From contig JBHHVU010000003.1 of NCBI GenBank assembly GCA_046754465.1, forward strand, positions 46,700 to 110,699: a stretch of DNA of 64,000 nt, in the 5' to 3' direction. The notes under the pieces are model-generated. The model saw nothing but the letters and a program-made list of their open reading frames with translations. It searched no databases and was not told the origin of the DNA. The position numbers and the translations under genes are program-made. This document shows, piece after piece, positions 48,624 through 58,544 of this stretch; the stretch's first letter is position 1; each line of letters opens with the position of its first letter. The stretch is from Nitrospinaceae bacterium. Lineage in GTDB: Bacteria; Nitrospinota; Nitrospinia; Nitrospinales; VA-1.

Positions 48624-50126
48624 ATGAATGGTAAACCCACCTGCCGCATTTATCTCTTCCGGCATGGAGAAACCGCCAACGCCGGTCAGGTTTGTTTCAA
48701 CGGCCACAATGATGTCGACCTTTCCCCTCACGGCCAAAAGCAGTTCGACCACATCGCCCGGGCCATGAATGATATTCCCCTGAAAAAAGTTTATTGTAGC
48801 GATCTTCGCCGCACCCGCCTCTGCGCCGAAAAGGTCTCCCGGCCCCACAGTCTCCAACCCGCCGCCTGTCCCGAACTGAGGGAGCTTTCCTTCGGGGAAT
48901 GGGAAGGCTTGAGCGTGCAAGAGGTCCAGGCCCGGTTTCCTCATGAACTGGAAAAACGCTTAAAAGACATCGAAGGCTTTTTCGTCACGGGCGGGGAAAC
49001 TTTCCACCAACTCCAGGAGCGGGTCCTTCCCAAATTCCGGACCATTGTGGCGGAGCATCCGGAGGGAACCCTCGCGATGGTTTGCCACGGCGGGGTCAAC
49101 CGGATCATTCTGGCGGATATTCTCGGCATTCCCCTGAAAAAGATCTTCCGGATCCACCAGGATTACGGGGCGGTCAACATCATCCAGTTTTACGGGGAAG
49201 ACGCCGTCGTGGAGATGATCGGCGGCACCCATCATCACATTACCGGAACGATCCCCCCCAAAAAAAATTACCCATCCAGTGACCGCCGATCCATCATGAA
49301 ACCTCCATTGATCGAAGTAAAAAACGCCCGGGTTTACGTGAACGGGGTGCGGGTGCTGGACTCGATCGACTGGACCATGCGGGAAAACGAGAATTGGGGC
49401 GTGGTGGGAAACAACGGGGCGGGCAAAACCACCTTCATGAAACTCATTTTCGGTGAACTCATTCCCGTGTACGGCGGCGAAGTGACCTGGTTCGGCCGCA
49501 GCGATCTGTTCCCCCTGCAGGAAGTCCGGGACCAGGTCGGGTTCGTCTCCGCCGAGTACCAGGAAAATTACCGCTACAACCTTTCCGGATGGGAGGTCGT
49601 GGCTTCGGGATTTTATTCTTCCATCGGCCTCTATGAAAAGGTGACGCCGAAACAGAAAAAGACGGCGCTGGAATGGATGGATTTTCTGGGAATTTCAGAG
49701 CTTGCGCGCACCGGGTTCCAGAGGATGTCCTACGGCGAAGCCCGCCGCGTTTTGCTCGCCCGGGCTCTGGTGCCCAATCCCCGGCTCCTGATCCTCGACG
49801 AGCCCTGCGGCGGACTCGACATTCCCACCCGGGAACTGTTTCTCCAGACACTGGAAAAACTGTCAAGCACCCGGACGCGGTTTATTTACGTGACCCACCA
49901 CATCGAAGAGATCATCCCCTCCACCACCCACATCCTTTTCCTGAAAAAGGGAGGCATCCATGCCCAGGGGAAAAAAGAGGATATGTTCCGGGAAAAAATC
50001 CTGTCCGGGGCGCTCGGCTGCCACATCACCCTGAAAAAAAATTCCGGCCGTTACTGGATCACCGGCAGCGGTCCGCGGATATCCGGGAAAACCCCGTCCG
50101 GCAAACCCCATCCCCGGTCCCGCTGA
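48624..50126 (+). CDS. Histidine phosphatase (CobC-like) joined in frame to a ModF-like ABC ATPase (second ATG at 49296); possibly two genes
   Basis: RHGET, SDLRR, LRELSFGEWEG and CHGG; then GNNGAGKT, MSYGE, LDEP and VTHH motifs. Confidence 0.8.
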   Translation: MNGKPTCRIYLFRHGETANAGQVCFNGHNDVDLSPHGQKQFDHIARAMNDIPLKKVYCSDLRRTRLCAEKVSRPHSLQPAACPELRELSFGEWEGLSVQEVQARFPHELEKRLKDIEGFFVTGGETFHQLQERVLPKFRTIVAEHPEGTLAMVCHGGVNRIILADILGIPLKKIFRIHQDYGAVNIIQFYGEDAVVEMIGGTHHHITGTIPPKKNYPSSDRRSIMKPPLIEVKNARVYVNGVRVLDSIDWTMRENENWGVVGNNGAGKTTFMKLIFGELIPVYGGEVTWFGRSDLFPLQEVRDQVGFVSAEYQENYRYNLSGWEVVASGFYSSIGLYEKVTPKQKKTALEWMDFLGISELARTGFQRMSYGEARRVLLARALVPNPRLLILDEPCGGLDIPTRELFLQTLEKLSSTRTRFIYVTHHIEEIIPSTTHILFLKKGGIHAQGKKEDMFREKILSGALGCHITLKKNSGRYWITGSGPRISGKTPSGKPHPRSR

Positions 50127-50285
50127 GGTCCGCCGGTTTCCAGGCTCTTCCCACCTCAATCCTCATGGCAATTTACGGGGAAATGGGGTAAAATTTCAAT
50201 TTTCTCCATAAAGGATGTCAAGTTTGCCGATCCACCCGTGGGGGTTGCTCCCGCGGGGATTTCGGGGTCATCTATACCACTCCAT

Positions 50286-50903
50286 ATGCGCATGATTGAT
50301 CGGGGTATTGGCGGAGATTCGTTCAGGAAGATCCCTCCGGGGATCTTGCTCCTGGGATTCTTATGGGTTCAGCAGATTTTTCCCGGACCGGCCGCCGCCC
50401 TGGATGCGGAAGGATGGTTTCTCAAGGGCAACCAGTTGAGCCAACAGGGCCAGTTTGAAGAGGCCGTCGGCGCATACGAAAAATCCCTGAAGCAGAATCC
50501 CAAGTCTCCGGTGACTCACTACAATCTGGGAATCGCGTACAAAAACCTGCATCAATACGAAAAGGCGGCGGAAGCGCTGGAAAAAACCGTCGCCCTGGAA
50601 CCGACCTACCTGGATGCCCGGCTGACCCTGGGCAATGTTTATAACCTGATGGAGCACTGGGAGGACGCCGTCGGACAGTTGAATATCGTGGTGCACCGCA
50701 GACAAAACGACGCGGAAGCTCACGGCAACCTGGGGTGGGCCTACTATAATTACAAAAATTTCCCGAAATTCAAATACCTGGTAATCCTCAACCTGCAAAA
50801 AGCCGTGGATCTTTTCCGGGAACAAAACAAGCCGGAAGCGGCCGAGGCCACCCGGAAAGTCCTGGAGGAAGCCCGCGCCAAGTTCGGTTTCCCCTCCCCC
50901 TGA
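50286..50903 (+). CDS. Exported TPR-repeat protein
   Basis: Signal-like segment ending AAA followed by TPRs (HYNLG, AHGNLG); start uncertain. Confidence 0.8.
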   Translation: MRMIDRGIGGDSFRKIPPGILLLGFLWVQQIFPGPAAALDAEGWFLKGNQLSQQGQFEEAVGAYEKSLKQNPKSPVTHYNLGIAYKNLHQYEKAAEALEKTVALEPTYLDARLTLGNVYNLMEHWEDAVGQLNIVVHRRQNDAEAHGNLGWAYYNYKNFPKFKYLVILNLQKAVDLFREQNKPEAAEATRKVLEEARAKFGFPSP

Positions 50904-50948
50904 ATAAGCAACCACCAATACCAACCGATCAAAGGGCAGAGAAAAACG

Positions 50949-51227
50949 ATGACCGTTGAAATTACAGTGACCCCCTCGCGAAATGAAAATAACGTCTCCT
51001 TTTCCCTCGACCGCGCGCTGATTCCCCCAGGTACCGGCCTTTCCTTCCCGGACGCCCAATCGGCCCAATTTCACCCATTGGCCCACGCCTTGTTCCAAAT
51101 TAAAGGAGTCCGGTCGGTCTGGATCCTGGGAAACGAAATCGCCGTAACCAAGGATGAGAAGATGCGCTGGGCCTCCCTTCAATCCAAAATCATCGAAACG
51201 ATCCAGAACTCGTTGAATTCCGGATAG
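50949..51227 (+). CDS. Nfu/NifU N-terminal domain protein
   Basis: TP..N..F, PLAHALFQIKGVRSV and IAVTKD...W pattern. Confidence 0.8.
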   Translation: MTVEITVTPSRNENNVSFSLDRALIPPGTGLSFPDAQSAQFHPLAHALFQIKGVRSVWILGNEIAVTKDEKMRWASLQSKIIETIQNSLNSG

Positions 51228-51258
51228 AGGAATCTTTTTCTTCCCCAGGCCCGCCGAT

Positions 51259-52569
51259 TCAGGACTTGAAAAATTCCATAAAGACCCGGATGATATTGGC
51301 GTGATCCTCCGACCCCACCATCTCCCGGATGGAGTGCATGGACAACATGGGGTTTCCCACGTCCACCGCGCGGATACCGAGATTGGCGGCGGTGACCGGA
51401 CCGATGGTGCTTCCACAGGCGAGGTCGGACCGGGTCACGAATTTTTGCACGGGGACGCCCGCCCGCTCGCACAAGAGTTCGAAACAGGCGCTGGAGATGC
51501 CCTCGGTGGCGTATTTTTGCCCGGCATGGCTTTTGATGACCGGCCCCCCGTTGAGGACCGGCAAATGTCTGCTATCGTGCTGTTCGGTATAGTTCGGATG
51601 AACGGCATGCGCCATGTCGGCGGAAATAAAAATCGACCGGGCGACCGCCCGCATGAAAGATTCCCGCGTCCCTTCATAATTCAGAAGAATCCGTTCCAGC
51701 GTATCTTTCAAAAGAGGCGACCCGCCCCCCTGGGCCGTTTCGCTGCCCACTTCCTCGTTATCATAAAAGGCCAGCACACGGGTTTCCACCGTCCGCGCTG
51801 GGGAATCAAGCAACGCCAGGGCCGCTGCATGGCAGGAGGCCAGGTTGTCGAGACGCGGCGCGAAAAGGAATTCCGACTCCGGACCGGCCAGGGCGCCCGG
51901 TTGAACATCATAAAGCGACAACTCCATGCCCACGATGTCCCCGGCGGAACATTTCAACTCGGATGCCACCATGTCCTTTAAAACCGTTTCCGGCGCCACC
52001 CGGTCACCGGACAGGCCGAGGATGGGCGGCAGGTGCGTTTGTTTGTTCAGGATGAGCCCCTTGGTATTCACCTCCCGGTTCAAATGGATCGCCAGTTGCG
52101 GAATACGGAGAAGCGGTTTTCCGAACCGGATCAACCGGGAGCGGGAACCCCGCCGCGACCGGAGGATCACCCGCCCCGCCACGGACAAATCCCGGTCGGT
52201 CCAGGTGGCCAACAAAACCCCGCCGTACACTTCAACGCCCAATTGGACATAACCGGATTTCTGGTAAACAGGATTGGGTTTCAACCGCAGGTTGGGGCTG
52301 TCAGTGTGCGCGCCGATGATCTTGAATCCGGCGGTTTCCGGGGATTTCGTTCCGGTGATGAAAGCCATCAGGGAGGAGCCGTTCCGAGTGACATAGTATT
52401 TTCCTCCCGGAGACAGTTTCCAGGCATCCTCCTCCCGGACCTGGAGAAAACCGTCCTTTTCCAACAAGGTCCCCAGTTCGTGGACCACATGAAAGGGGGT
52501 GGGAGACCGGTCGATAAAATCCAGAAGCGACCGGCAAACATAAAGATGGGAATTTTTTCCTGGGGTCAT
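51259..52569 (-). CDS. M18-family (aspartyl) aminopeptidase
   Basis: SPTPFH, GAHTDSP, RLDNL, DNEEVGS, SADMAHAVHPNY, CGSTIGP and LSMHSIRE motifs. Confidence 0.94.
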   Translation of the reverse strand: MTPGKNSHLYVCRSLLDFIDRSPTPFHVVHELGTLLEKDGFLQVREEDAWKLSPGGKYYVTRNGSSLMAFITGTKSPETAGFKIIGAHTDSPNLRLKPNPVYQKSGYVQLGVEVYGGVLLATWTDRDLSVAGRVILRSRRGSRSRLIRFGKPLLRIPQLAIHLNREVNTKGLILNKQTHLPPILGLSGDRVAPETVLKDMVASELKCSAGDIVGMELSLYDVQPGALAGPESEFLFAPRLDNLASCHAAALALLDSPARTVETRVLAFYDNEEVGSETAQGGGSPLLKDTLERILLNYEGTRESFMRAVARSIFISADMAHAVHPNYTEQHDSRHLPVLNGGPVIKSHAGQKYATEGISSACFELLCERAGVPVQKFVTRSDLACGSTIGPVTAANLGIRAVDVGNPMLSMHSIREMVGSEDHANIIRVFMEFFKS

Positions 52570-52865
52570 TCGGCGTCCTCTTCCATTCCACCCCCTCCCT
52601 CATTTCATGAGAGCGGTGGAGTTCCGATTTTCCCGGGGGGAACCGGCCCTCTTCTCCACCCACCCCGGGATGTTTTTTATAGTATCAAATTCTGTCCGGT
52701 TCCCCGGCCGGGATGAAGCGGCAGCCCCTGGAAACGGAGGTTATTCCTGGTGCGGGCGGGCTCTTTCGGGACAAGGCTTTTACTGAAACCGGGATTTTTG
52801 TTTGGCCCCAAGGAATCGTATCGTAAAATGGCTTGAATTGGGCATTTTATTTTAAGGAAATCGCC

Positions 52866-53165
52866 ATGGGAGAGTTGCTCAAGGCCGACTTCAAAACCAA
52901 ACTGAGTTCCAAACTATCCAAATACGATCCCCAAAATACCCAACCCCGGTACCAGGCGGATGTCTTTTCTGAACTGTTCGATTTTCCCCAGTTCAAGGCC
53001 CATGTCGCCGCTTACGTGGAAAGAAACTATTGCGTGGTGGTGAATGACGAGGATCATCCCGACCCCCAATCGCTCATGGAAATTTTAAGTCCGAAAGAGA
53101 TCCGGATGCTGAATAAGTGGATTGTGAACCGGCACAACAAACCTTCCGTGGTAAAAAATAAATAA
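52866..53165 (+). CDS. Hypothetical protein
   Basis: AAGGA RBS before ATG 52866; hairpin follows the stop. Confidence 0.6.
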   Translation: MGELLKADFKTKLSSKLSKYDPQNTQPRYQADVFSELFDFPQFKAHVAAYVERNYCVVVNDEDHPDPQSLMEILSPKEIRMLNKWIVNRHNKPSVVKNK

Positions 53166-53284
53166 CCCCCCCCAGCCCCTGGGGGGAGATAGGTCCTGGC
53201 ATCATCGCCAGCCCACCCGGGTCCGCCATATAAAGTATGACAATGCCACCAGCGGCGGTTCGCCGCCCCCGGACAGCAGGGTGT

Positions 53285-54154
53285 TTACATTTTTTTTCCC
53301 GGGAATTTTTCGGGGAGGGTAACGGTAAAAATGGAACCTTCCCCGACCCGGCTAGCCGCTGAAAGGGTTCCCCCCAAACGCTCTACGATTTTGTGGCAAA
53401 TGGTCAATCCCATCCCTTTGCCGGGTATCTCCTCGGATTTGTGAAGCCGTTCAAAAGGTTTGAAAATACGATTCAGGTATTTTTCATCAAAACCCAACCC
53501 GTTATCCCGAAAAGTGATTTCCCATAGATCCGCATTGACCTTGCGGCCGCAAACCTTCACAAGAGGAGTATCATCCCGCTGATGAAACTTGAGGCCGTTA
53601 GAGAGGAGGTTTTGAAACAATTGGCGGATCTGAATCCGGTCCGTTTCCAGGGCCGGGAGATTCTGGGTTTCGATTTGGCCTCCGGTTCTTCGGAGAAGAT
53701 CTTCAAGGTCCTCCCGAACCTCGGCGGTCACATCCGTCAAATTGGTGAGGGCGACCTTTAGGGACGTTCTCGTGACCCTGGAAAAATCGAGCAGAGCCTC
53801 CAGGCATTGCCGCATGCGTTCCACCGCTTTTTGCAGGCGGTCGTAATAATTGCGTTGCCTGGCATCCAACTGCCCGGCACAGTCTTGAATGCGGTCGCTG
53901 AAGAGAAGGATTTTCCGCAACGGTTCCTGTAGATCGTGCGAGGCGATGAAGGCAAAGTCGCGCAACTCCTCGTTGGTCTCTTCCAGTTCCGCCGCATACC
54001 GGCTCAATTTCTTATGAGCTTCCTCCAATTGAATCCGTTTTTCCTTTTCCGAATGGTACAAGTTGGAGAATTCCTTCGCGTATTTCGCCAACTGCTTTTC
54101 GAACAGGATTTTTTCATCCAAAGGATGGTTGGGTTCCCCGGAAGATTCGCTCAT
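53285..54154 (-). CDS. Sensor-less cytoplasmic histidine kinase (coiled coil + HisKA + HATPase)
   Basis: ASHDLQEPLR, QLFQNLLSNGLKF, DNGLG, FKPFERLH and GMGL motifs. Confidence 0.9.
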   Translation of the reverse strand: MSESSGEPNHPLDEKILFEKQLAKYAKEFSNLYHSEKEKRIQLEEAHKKLSRYAAELEETNEELRDFAFIASHDLQEPLRKILLFSDRIQDCAGQLDARQRNYYDRLQKAVERMRQCLEALLDFSRVTRTSLKVALTNLTDVTAEVREDLEDLLRRTGGQIETQNLPALETDRIQIRQLFQNLLSNGLKFHQRDDTPLVKVCGRKVNADLWEITFRDNGLGFDEKYLNRIFKPFERLHKSEEIPGKGMGLTICHKIVERLGGTLSAASRVGEGSIFTVTLPEKFPGKKM

Positions 54155-54275
54155 GACACCCGATGATCGATCAACAATTTTAACTCCAATTCAGATTTTG
54201 AGGGGAAAGAGAAGGGGGCGGGCGATACCCCTGGGAGGTCCCTGGAGTTTCGCCCGAATTCTCTGGGAGGAAGAA

Positions 54276-56552
54276 TTAATGAACCCCCTTGCCGTTCAGA
54301 AAGGCACTGTATTTTTTGTCGGTTCCCATAATGTGGCGGGTCAGCCAATCCTTCAGGAAAGTCAACAGATCGTTATTGACCCTCGCCTCGCCCTTCTGGA
54401 ACTGATTGTAAAATTCCATCACCTGCGCCACCAGTTTTTTGTGTTTGGCAAGATGATCCTCGGTTTCCGGGTACCCATGCTGTTTGAACAGCCGTTCTTC
54501 GTATCCAAAATGCGTCTTCGTATAATCCACCAGGGCTTCCAAAGCCTGCCCGGTAACCTCCTTGCCCTTCTCCATCATCATACCCCGGTACACCTGGTTG
54601 ATGAGTTCGATGAGCCTCTGATGCTGATTGTCGATTTCCCGGATATTAACGCTAAAGCAGTCGTTCCAGGTCATCAGGGTCATGGAATCGTCCCGATACT
54701 TGAATTTTCCGACCAGTTTCTGGAGGGTTTCCGCGACCTGGGTTAACGCGCGGGCGGAGCCAAGGATATCGTTCGACCCCTGGGAGGTGCTCTCGGCGGC
54801 CTGGGAAACGCCGGTGATGTTCTGCGCGATTTCCGAGCTGCCCTGGGCCGCCTCAGTGATATTGCGGACGATCTCATTGGTGGTCGCCGTTTGCTCCTCC
54901 ACCGCGCTGGCGATGGTGCTGGAGATGTCGTTGATCTGGTTGATCACGTGGGTGATCTTGCCGATCGCCTCGACGGAATTTTGCGTGTCCTTCTGGATGC
55001 TCTGGATTTTTTCGCTGATATCCTCGGTCGCCCTGGCGGTTTGATTGGCCAGTTCCTTCACCTCGTTGGCGACGACGGCGAATCCCTTGCCCGCTTCCCC
55101 GGCACGCGCCGCTTCGATGGTGGCGTTCAATGCCAGCAGGTTCGTCTGTTCGGCGATGGAGGTGATGACCTTGATGACCTGACCGATTTCCGCGCTGCTC
55201 TCGCCCAGTTGGGAAATGGTCTTGTTGGTTTCCTCGGCGATTTTCACCGCGGAAAGGGCGACCTTGGCCGCCTGACTGGAATTCTGGGCGATTTCCTTGA
55301 TGCTGGCGCTCATCTCCTCCGCCCCGGTGGCCACCGTATTGACATTGGTGCTGACCTCTTCCGAGGCGGAGGAAACCACCCCCGCCTGCGCCGAGGTCTC
55401 ATCCGCGTTTGCGCTCATCTGCTGACTCAGACTGGAAAGTTGGCTGGAAGCGGCGGTGACGTTTTGCGCGCTCAACGCGATCTCCGAAATATTGCTCCTC
55501 AGGTCCACCAGGAACCGGGAAAGCCCCTCAGCCATTTGACCGCAACTATCCGTCCCCATGATGTTGACTTGTTTGGTGAGGTCTCCCTCGGCGGCGGCAT
55601 GAACCACTTCCAGCATTTCGTCCACTTTTTCCTTCAAATAATCCGCCTGCTGTTGTTCTTTTTCGGCCATTTCCTTGTTTTGGCGGTCCAGTTCCACCTT
55701 TTCGGTGATGACCTCCCAGGTGACCATGGGACCGATGTAATTTTTCTCCTGGTCATATATCGCGCTAACCAGCAGATCCAGCGTTTCGGGTCCCAGTTGA
55801 ATTTGAGCCCTATGCGGCAGGTTGCGGGGATCCTCCAAAATGCGCCGTTGATGGGAAGGATTCTTGTGAAAAATATCGATCGACTCGCCAATTATGTTCT
55901 CCACCCGAATGGGCATATATTGTTCCAGCTTTTTCAGCGTGGCTGCCGAGGCCGGATTCATGAACTGAATTTTCAAATCCCGATCGGCAAAAATGATGTT
56001 GACCGGCGCGTTCTCCATCATGGACAAAACCCGGGCCCGTTCCGCGTCGACTTTTTTCTGTTCCGAAACTTCCTCCCAGTTGACGATGTAGCCCAAAATC
56101 CGGCCCTCGGGTCCATGAATTCCATTGATACTGGATTTTATCGTCACATTTCCAAAGCTGAACACGGCTTCATGCGGCAGGGCGGCGGGATTGCGCAAAA
56201 TCCTCTCCACTGCGTTCGGATCCTTGTGAAACCTGTGAATCGACCCGCCAAGCAAGTCCACCACCCGGATACTGAAAGCATCGAAAATTTCCGTTTCGAT
56301 GGCCTTCACGGTTTTTTCCGCCCGGTCATTCAGGTAAACAAGGTTCAGGTCCGCGTCGGCGATAAAAACATTGGTGGCCAGGCTGTTGAGGCTAGCCCGA
56401 AGGTAAGAAAGGTTTTCCACAATGCCGGTTCCTGAAGATCCGTTTCCCTTGGAACCGCCAAACATGTTCATGAAGGACCGTTTGGATGGGACTTCCGTTT
56501 TTGGGGAGGCCATCAATGCTGAGTTTGAAAATGAATCCATTCCTGATTTCAT
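54276..56552 (-). CDS. Soluble methyl-accepting chemotaxis protein: PAS-PAS-HAMP-MCP-bacteriohemerythrin
   Basis: [33 protein letters not shown] motifs FHKDP/FHKNP; hemerythrin IDNQH, HFGYEE, H...H and [10 protein letters not shown]. Confidence 0.93.
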   Translation of the reverse strand: MKSGMDSFSNSALMASPKTEVPSKRSFMNMFGGSKGNGSSGTGIVENLSYLRASLNSLATNVFIADADLNLVYLNDRAEKTVKAIETEIFDAFSIRVVDLLGGSIHRFHKDPNAVERILRNPAALPHEAVFSFGNVTIKSSINGIHGPEGRILGYIVNWEEVSEQKKVDAERARVLSMMENAPVNIIFADRDLKIQFMNPASAATLKKLEQYMPIRVENIIGESIDIFHKNPSHQRRILEDPRNLPHRAQIQLGPETLDLLVSAIYDQEKNYIGPMVTWEVITEKVELDRQNKEMAEKEQQQADYLKEKVDEMLEVVHAAAEGDLTKQVNIMGTDSCGQMAEGLSRFLVDLRSNISEIALSAQNVTAASSQLSSLSQQMSANADETSAQAGVVSSASEEVSTNVNTVATGAEEMSASIKEIAQNSSQAAKVALSAVKIAEETNKTISQLGESSAEIGQVIKVITSIAEQTNLLALNATIEAARAGEAGKGFAVVANEVKELANQTARATEDISEKIQSIQKDTQNSVEAIGKITHVINQINDISSTIASAVEEQTATTNEIVRNITEAAQGSSEIAQNITGVSQAAESTSQGSNDILGSARALTQVAETLQKLVGKFKYRDDSMTLMTWNDCFSVNIREIDNQHQRLIELINQVYRGMMMEKGKEVTGQALEALVDYTKTHFGYEERLFKQHGYPETEDHLAKHKKLVAQVMEFYNQFQKGEARVNNDLLTFLKDWLTRHIMGTDKKYSAFLNGKGVH

Positions 56553-56689
56553 GCACCCTCCTTTTTTTGGAGCATTCAGTCTATTGAATCAAATTTTTTA
56601 AAGCGAAATAGAAAAGCACTTTCATCGGCAGGGAAAAATGCAGACGGTCCGATGAAATGAAAAATAGAACAATCTCTGTAAATGTAATT

Positions 56690-56705
56690 TGCACTTTCCA
56701 TACCA
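56690..56705 (-). promoter_or_regulatory. sigma54 (-24/-12) promoter of the chemoreceptor gene
   Basis: Minus strand TGGTAT-GGAAA-GTGCA, exact GG-N10-GC spacing. Confidence 0.6.
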
Positions 56706-56729
56706 CCGCACCCATCCCAGCCCAGAACA

Positions 56730-56762
56730 TTATTAACTTATTTATTTTCAATAAGTTAATAA
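56730..56762. promoter_or_regulatory. AT-rich 13-7-13 inverted repeat containing an IHF-like site
   Basis: ttattaacttatt-N7-aataagttaataa; includes TTTCAA-N4-TTA against IHF consensus WATCAA-N4-TTR. Confidence 0.55.
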
Positions 56763-56800
56763 ATAAGCGCTTTCGGTGCCGGGGAAAAACCCGGCGCTGG

Positions 56801-56852
56801 TTTTGTGAAAAACCACAGAATTTTGTGGAAAATCCAGATTTTTTGTGAAAAA
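56801..56852. promoter_or_regulatory. Three direct repeats TTTTGTG(A/G)AAAA at 20-bp period; candidate upstream activator sequences
   Basis: Copies start at 56801, 56821 and 56841; the first contains a TGTG-N6-CACA palindrome. Confidence 0.55.
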
Positions 56853-56902
56853 GGTTGGAAATACAGGGGACAGGACCTATTACAAACAGGCAGGGAGGCG
56901 CA

Positions 56903-58504
56903 TCAACGCGGGCGCTGGAGACCCATTTTCTTCATTCGGTAAGCCAGGGTGGTCGGCTTCATTTGCAACAGCTCCGCCGCACCCCGGGGTCCATAGACTT
57001 TCCAGTTGGATTTTTCGAGGGCGGAACGCAAGGTGTCATATTCGAGTTGCTTGAGGCCTTTCAAACCGGTGAAATCCGTCACCGGAAGGGATTTTTCCAC
57101 ATTCAAGTCCGGGGATGGCTGGTCTTCCCGGCTTAACGGCAGGTGCAGATCGAACCGCGGCGTTCCATCGGTGGAAACGATCACCGCCCTCTCGATGACG
57201 TTTTGCAGTTCGCGCACGTTTCCCGGCCAGGAATACCTTTCCATGAGGCGGTAATCCGCTTCCCGCAACCGGGACCGCTTCAGGTTGAGCTTACGGCAGG
57301 AACGGATCAGAAAGTGGTCGGCGAGGAGTCGGACATCCTCGCCCCGTTCCCGGAGGGGGGGCACCTCGATGGGAACCACGCTCAGGCGGTAATACAAATC
57401 CTCCCGAAACCGTCCGGCCCGGACTTCCTGCTCGAGATCCCGGTTGGTCGCGGCGATGATACGAACGTCCACCTGCCGGGTGAGGTCCCCGCCCACACAC
57501 TCGAACTGGCCCTCCTGGATGGCCCGGAGGAGTTTTCCCTGCAGTTCGAGGGGGATCTCCGAGACCTCATCGAGAAACAATGTCCCTTCATGGGCCAACT
57601 GAAATCTTCCCGTGCGTTCTTTCCAGGCACCTGAGAAGGCCCCTTTCACGTGGCCAAAAAATTCGCTTTCGAACAAATCGCGGGGAATGGCGGCGCAATT
57701 CACCTTGACGAGCGGATGCCGGTTGCGCCGGCTCTTTTCATGGATCGCCCAGGCCACCAGTTCCTTGCCCGTGCCGGTTTCACCCTGGATGAGCACGGTC
57801 GCCTCTGAGACGGCCACCAACTCGGTCTGCCTCAACATTTTTCGCAGCGGGGCGCTCTGGCCGATGATTTGCCCGTAGGCCAGTTCCGACCGCACTTCCT
57901 CCCGCAGATAGGCGTTTTCCCTTTCCAATTGTTTTCGCAGCCGGTCGATCTCCTCATACGCCTGTTTCCGCTCGGTGATATCCTGAACCACGGCGACGAA
58001 TAAGGGATGGGTTTCGGCCTGGGAAATCTGCAACCGGACCTCCACCGGATAACAGTGTCCATCCTTCCTCCGGTGGGTGGCCTCAAAAATCAGCAACGGC
58101 TTCTTCCCGGAAATCAGGGATTTGATGAGACTCTCAAACTCCGCCCGGCTGTAGTCCGGCATCAAATCATAGAGGGTCATCCGGGAGAGTTCCTCACCGG
58201 AATACCCCAGGTTTTCCCGGGCGCCGAAATTGGCCTGGAGGATGAGTGAAGACTCGGGGTCGATCAGGAAGATTTCGTTGGATGTCTGGTCCAGAATACG
58301 TCCCAGGCGGTGAGACAATTCTTCCTTGGCCTTGAGTTCGTCAAGGGTTTCCCGCAGTTCCTGGGATAATTTCTTGAGTTGCTGGCTGGTCTCGCCCAAC
58401 TGCCTGCTTTTTTCCTTTTCGGAACGGTGCAGGGCGGACAATTCCCGGGCATATTTTATCAACTGCCGGGTATTCAGGTCATTTTCAACTTGCAAATCGT
58501 CCAT
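56903..58504 (-). CDS. PAS-domain sigma54-dependent enhancer-binding protein (FhlA-like C-terminus)
   Basis: GETGTGKE, ESEFFGHVKGAFSGA, LFLDEV, RIIAATNRDL, WPGNVRELQN and Fis-type HTH. Confidence 0.94.
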   Translation of the reverse strand: MDDLQVENDLNTRQLIKYARELSALHRSEKEKSRQLGETSQQLKKLSQELRETLDELKAKEELSHRLGRILDQTSNEIFLIDPESSLILQANFGARENLGYSGEELSRMTLYDLMPDYSRAEFESLIKSLISGKKPLLIFEATHRRKDGHCYPVEVRLQISQAETHPLFVAVVQDITERKQAYEEIDRLRKQLERENAYLREEVRSELAYGQIIGQSAPLRKMLRQTELVAVSEATVLIQGETGTGKELVAWAIHEKSRRNRHPLVKVNCAAIPRDLFESEFFGHVKGAFSGAWKERTGRFQLAHEGTLFLDEVSEIPLELQGKLLRAIQEGQFECVGGDLTRQVDVRIIAATNRDLEQEVRAGRFREDLYYRLSVVPIEVPPLRERGEDVRLLADHFLIRSCRKLNLKRSRLREADYRLMERYSWPGNVRELQNVIERAVIVSTDGTPRFDLHLPLSREDQPSPDLNVEKSLPVTDFTGLKGLKQLEYDTLRSALEKSNWKVYGPRGAAELLQMKPTTLAYRMKKMGLQRPR

Positions 58505-58544
58505 GGGGAGAAATTTCCGGACACGGTCTTTCGGCCCAGTGGGG

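Noticed and set aside
56621..56648. sigma28 promoter (GCCGATGA) for the chemoreceptor
   Set aside because: There is no TAAA-like -35 element at 15-bp spacing; the sequence is better explained as one arm of a leader hairpin.
56801..56852. CRISPR-like array
   Set aside because: Only three 12-bp repeats with 8-bp spacers and no cas genes; the pattern fits protein-binding sites.
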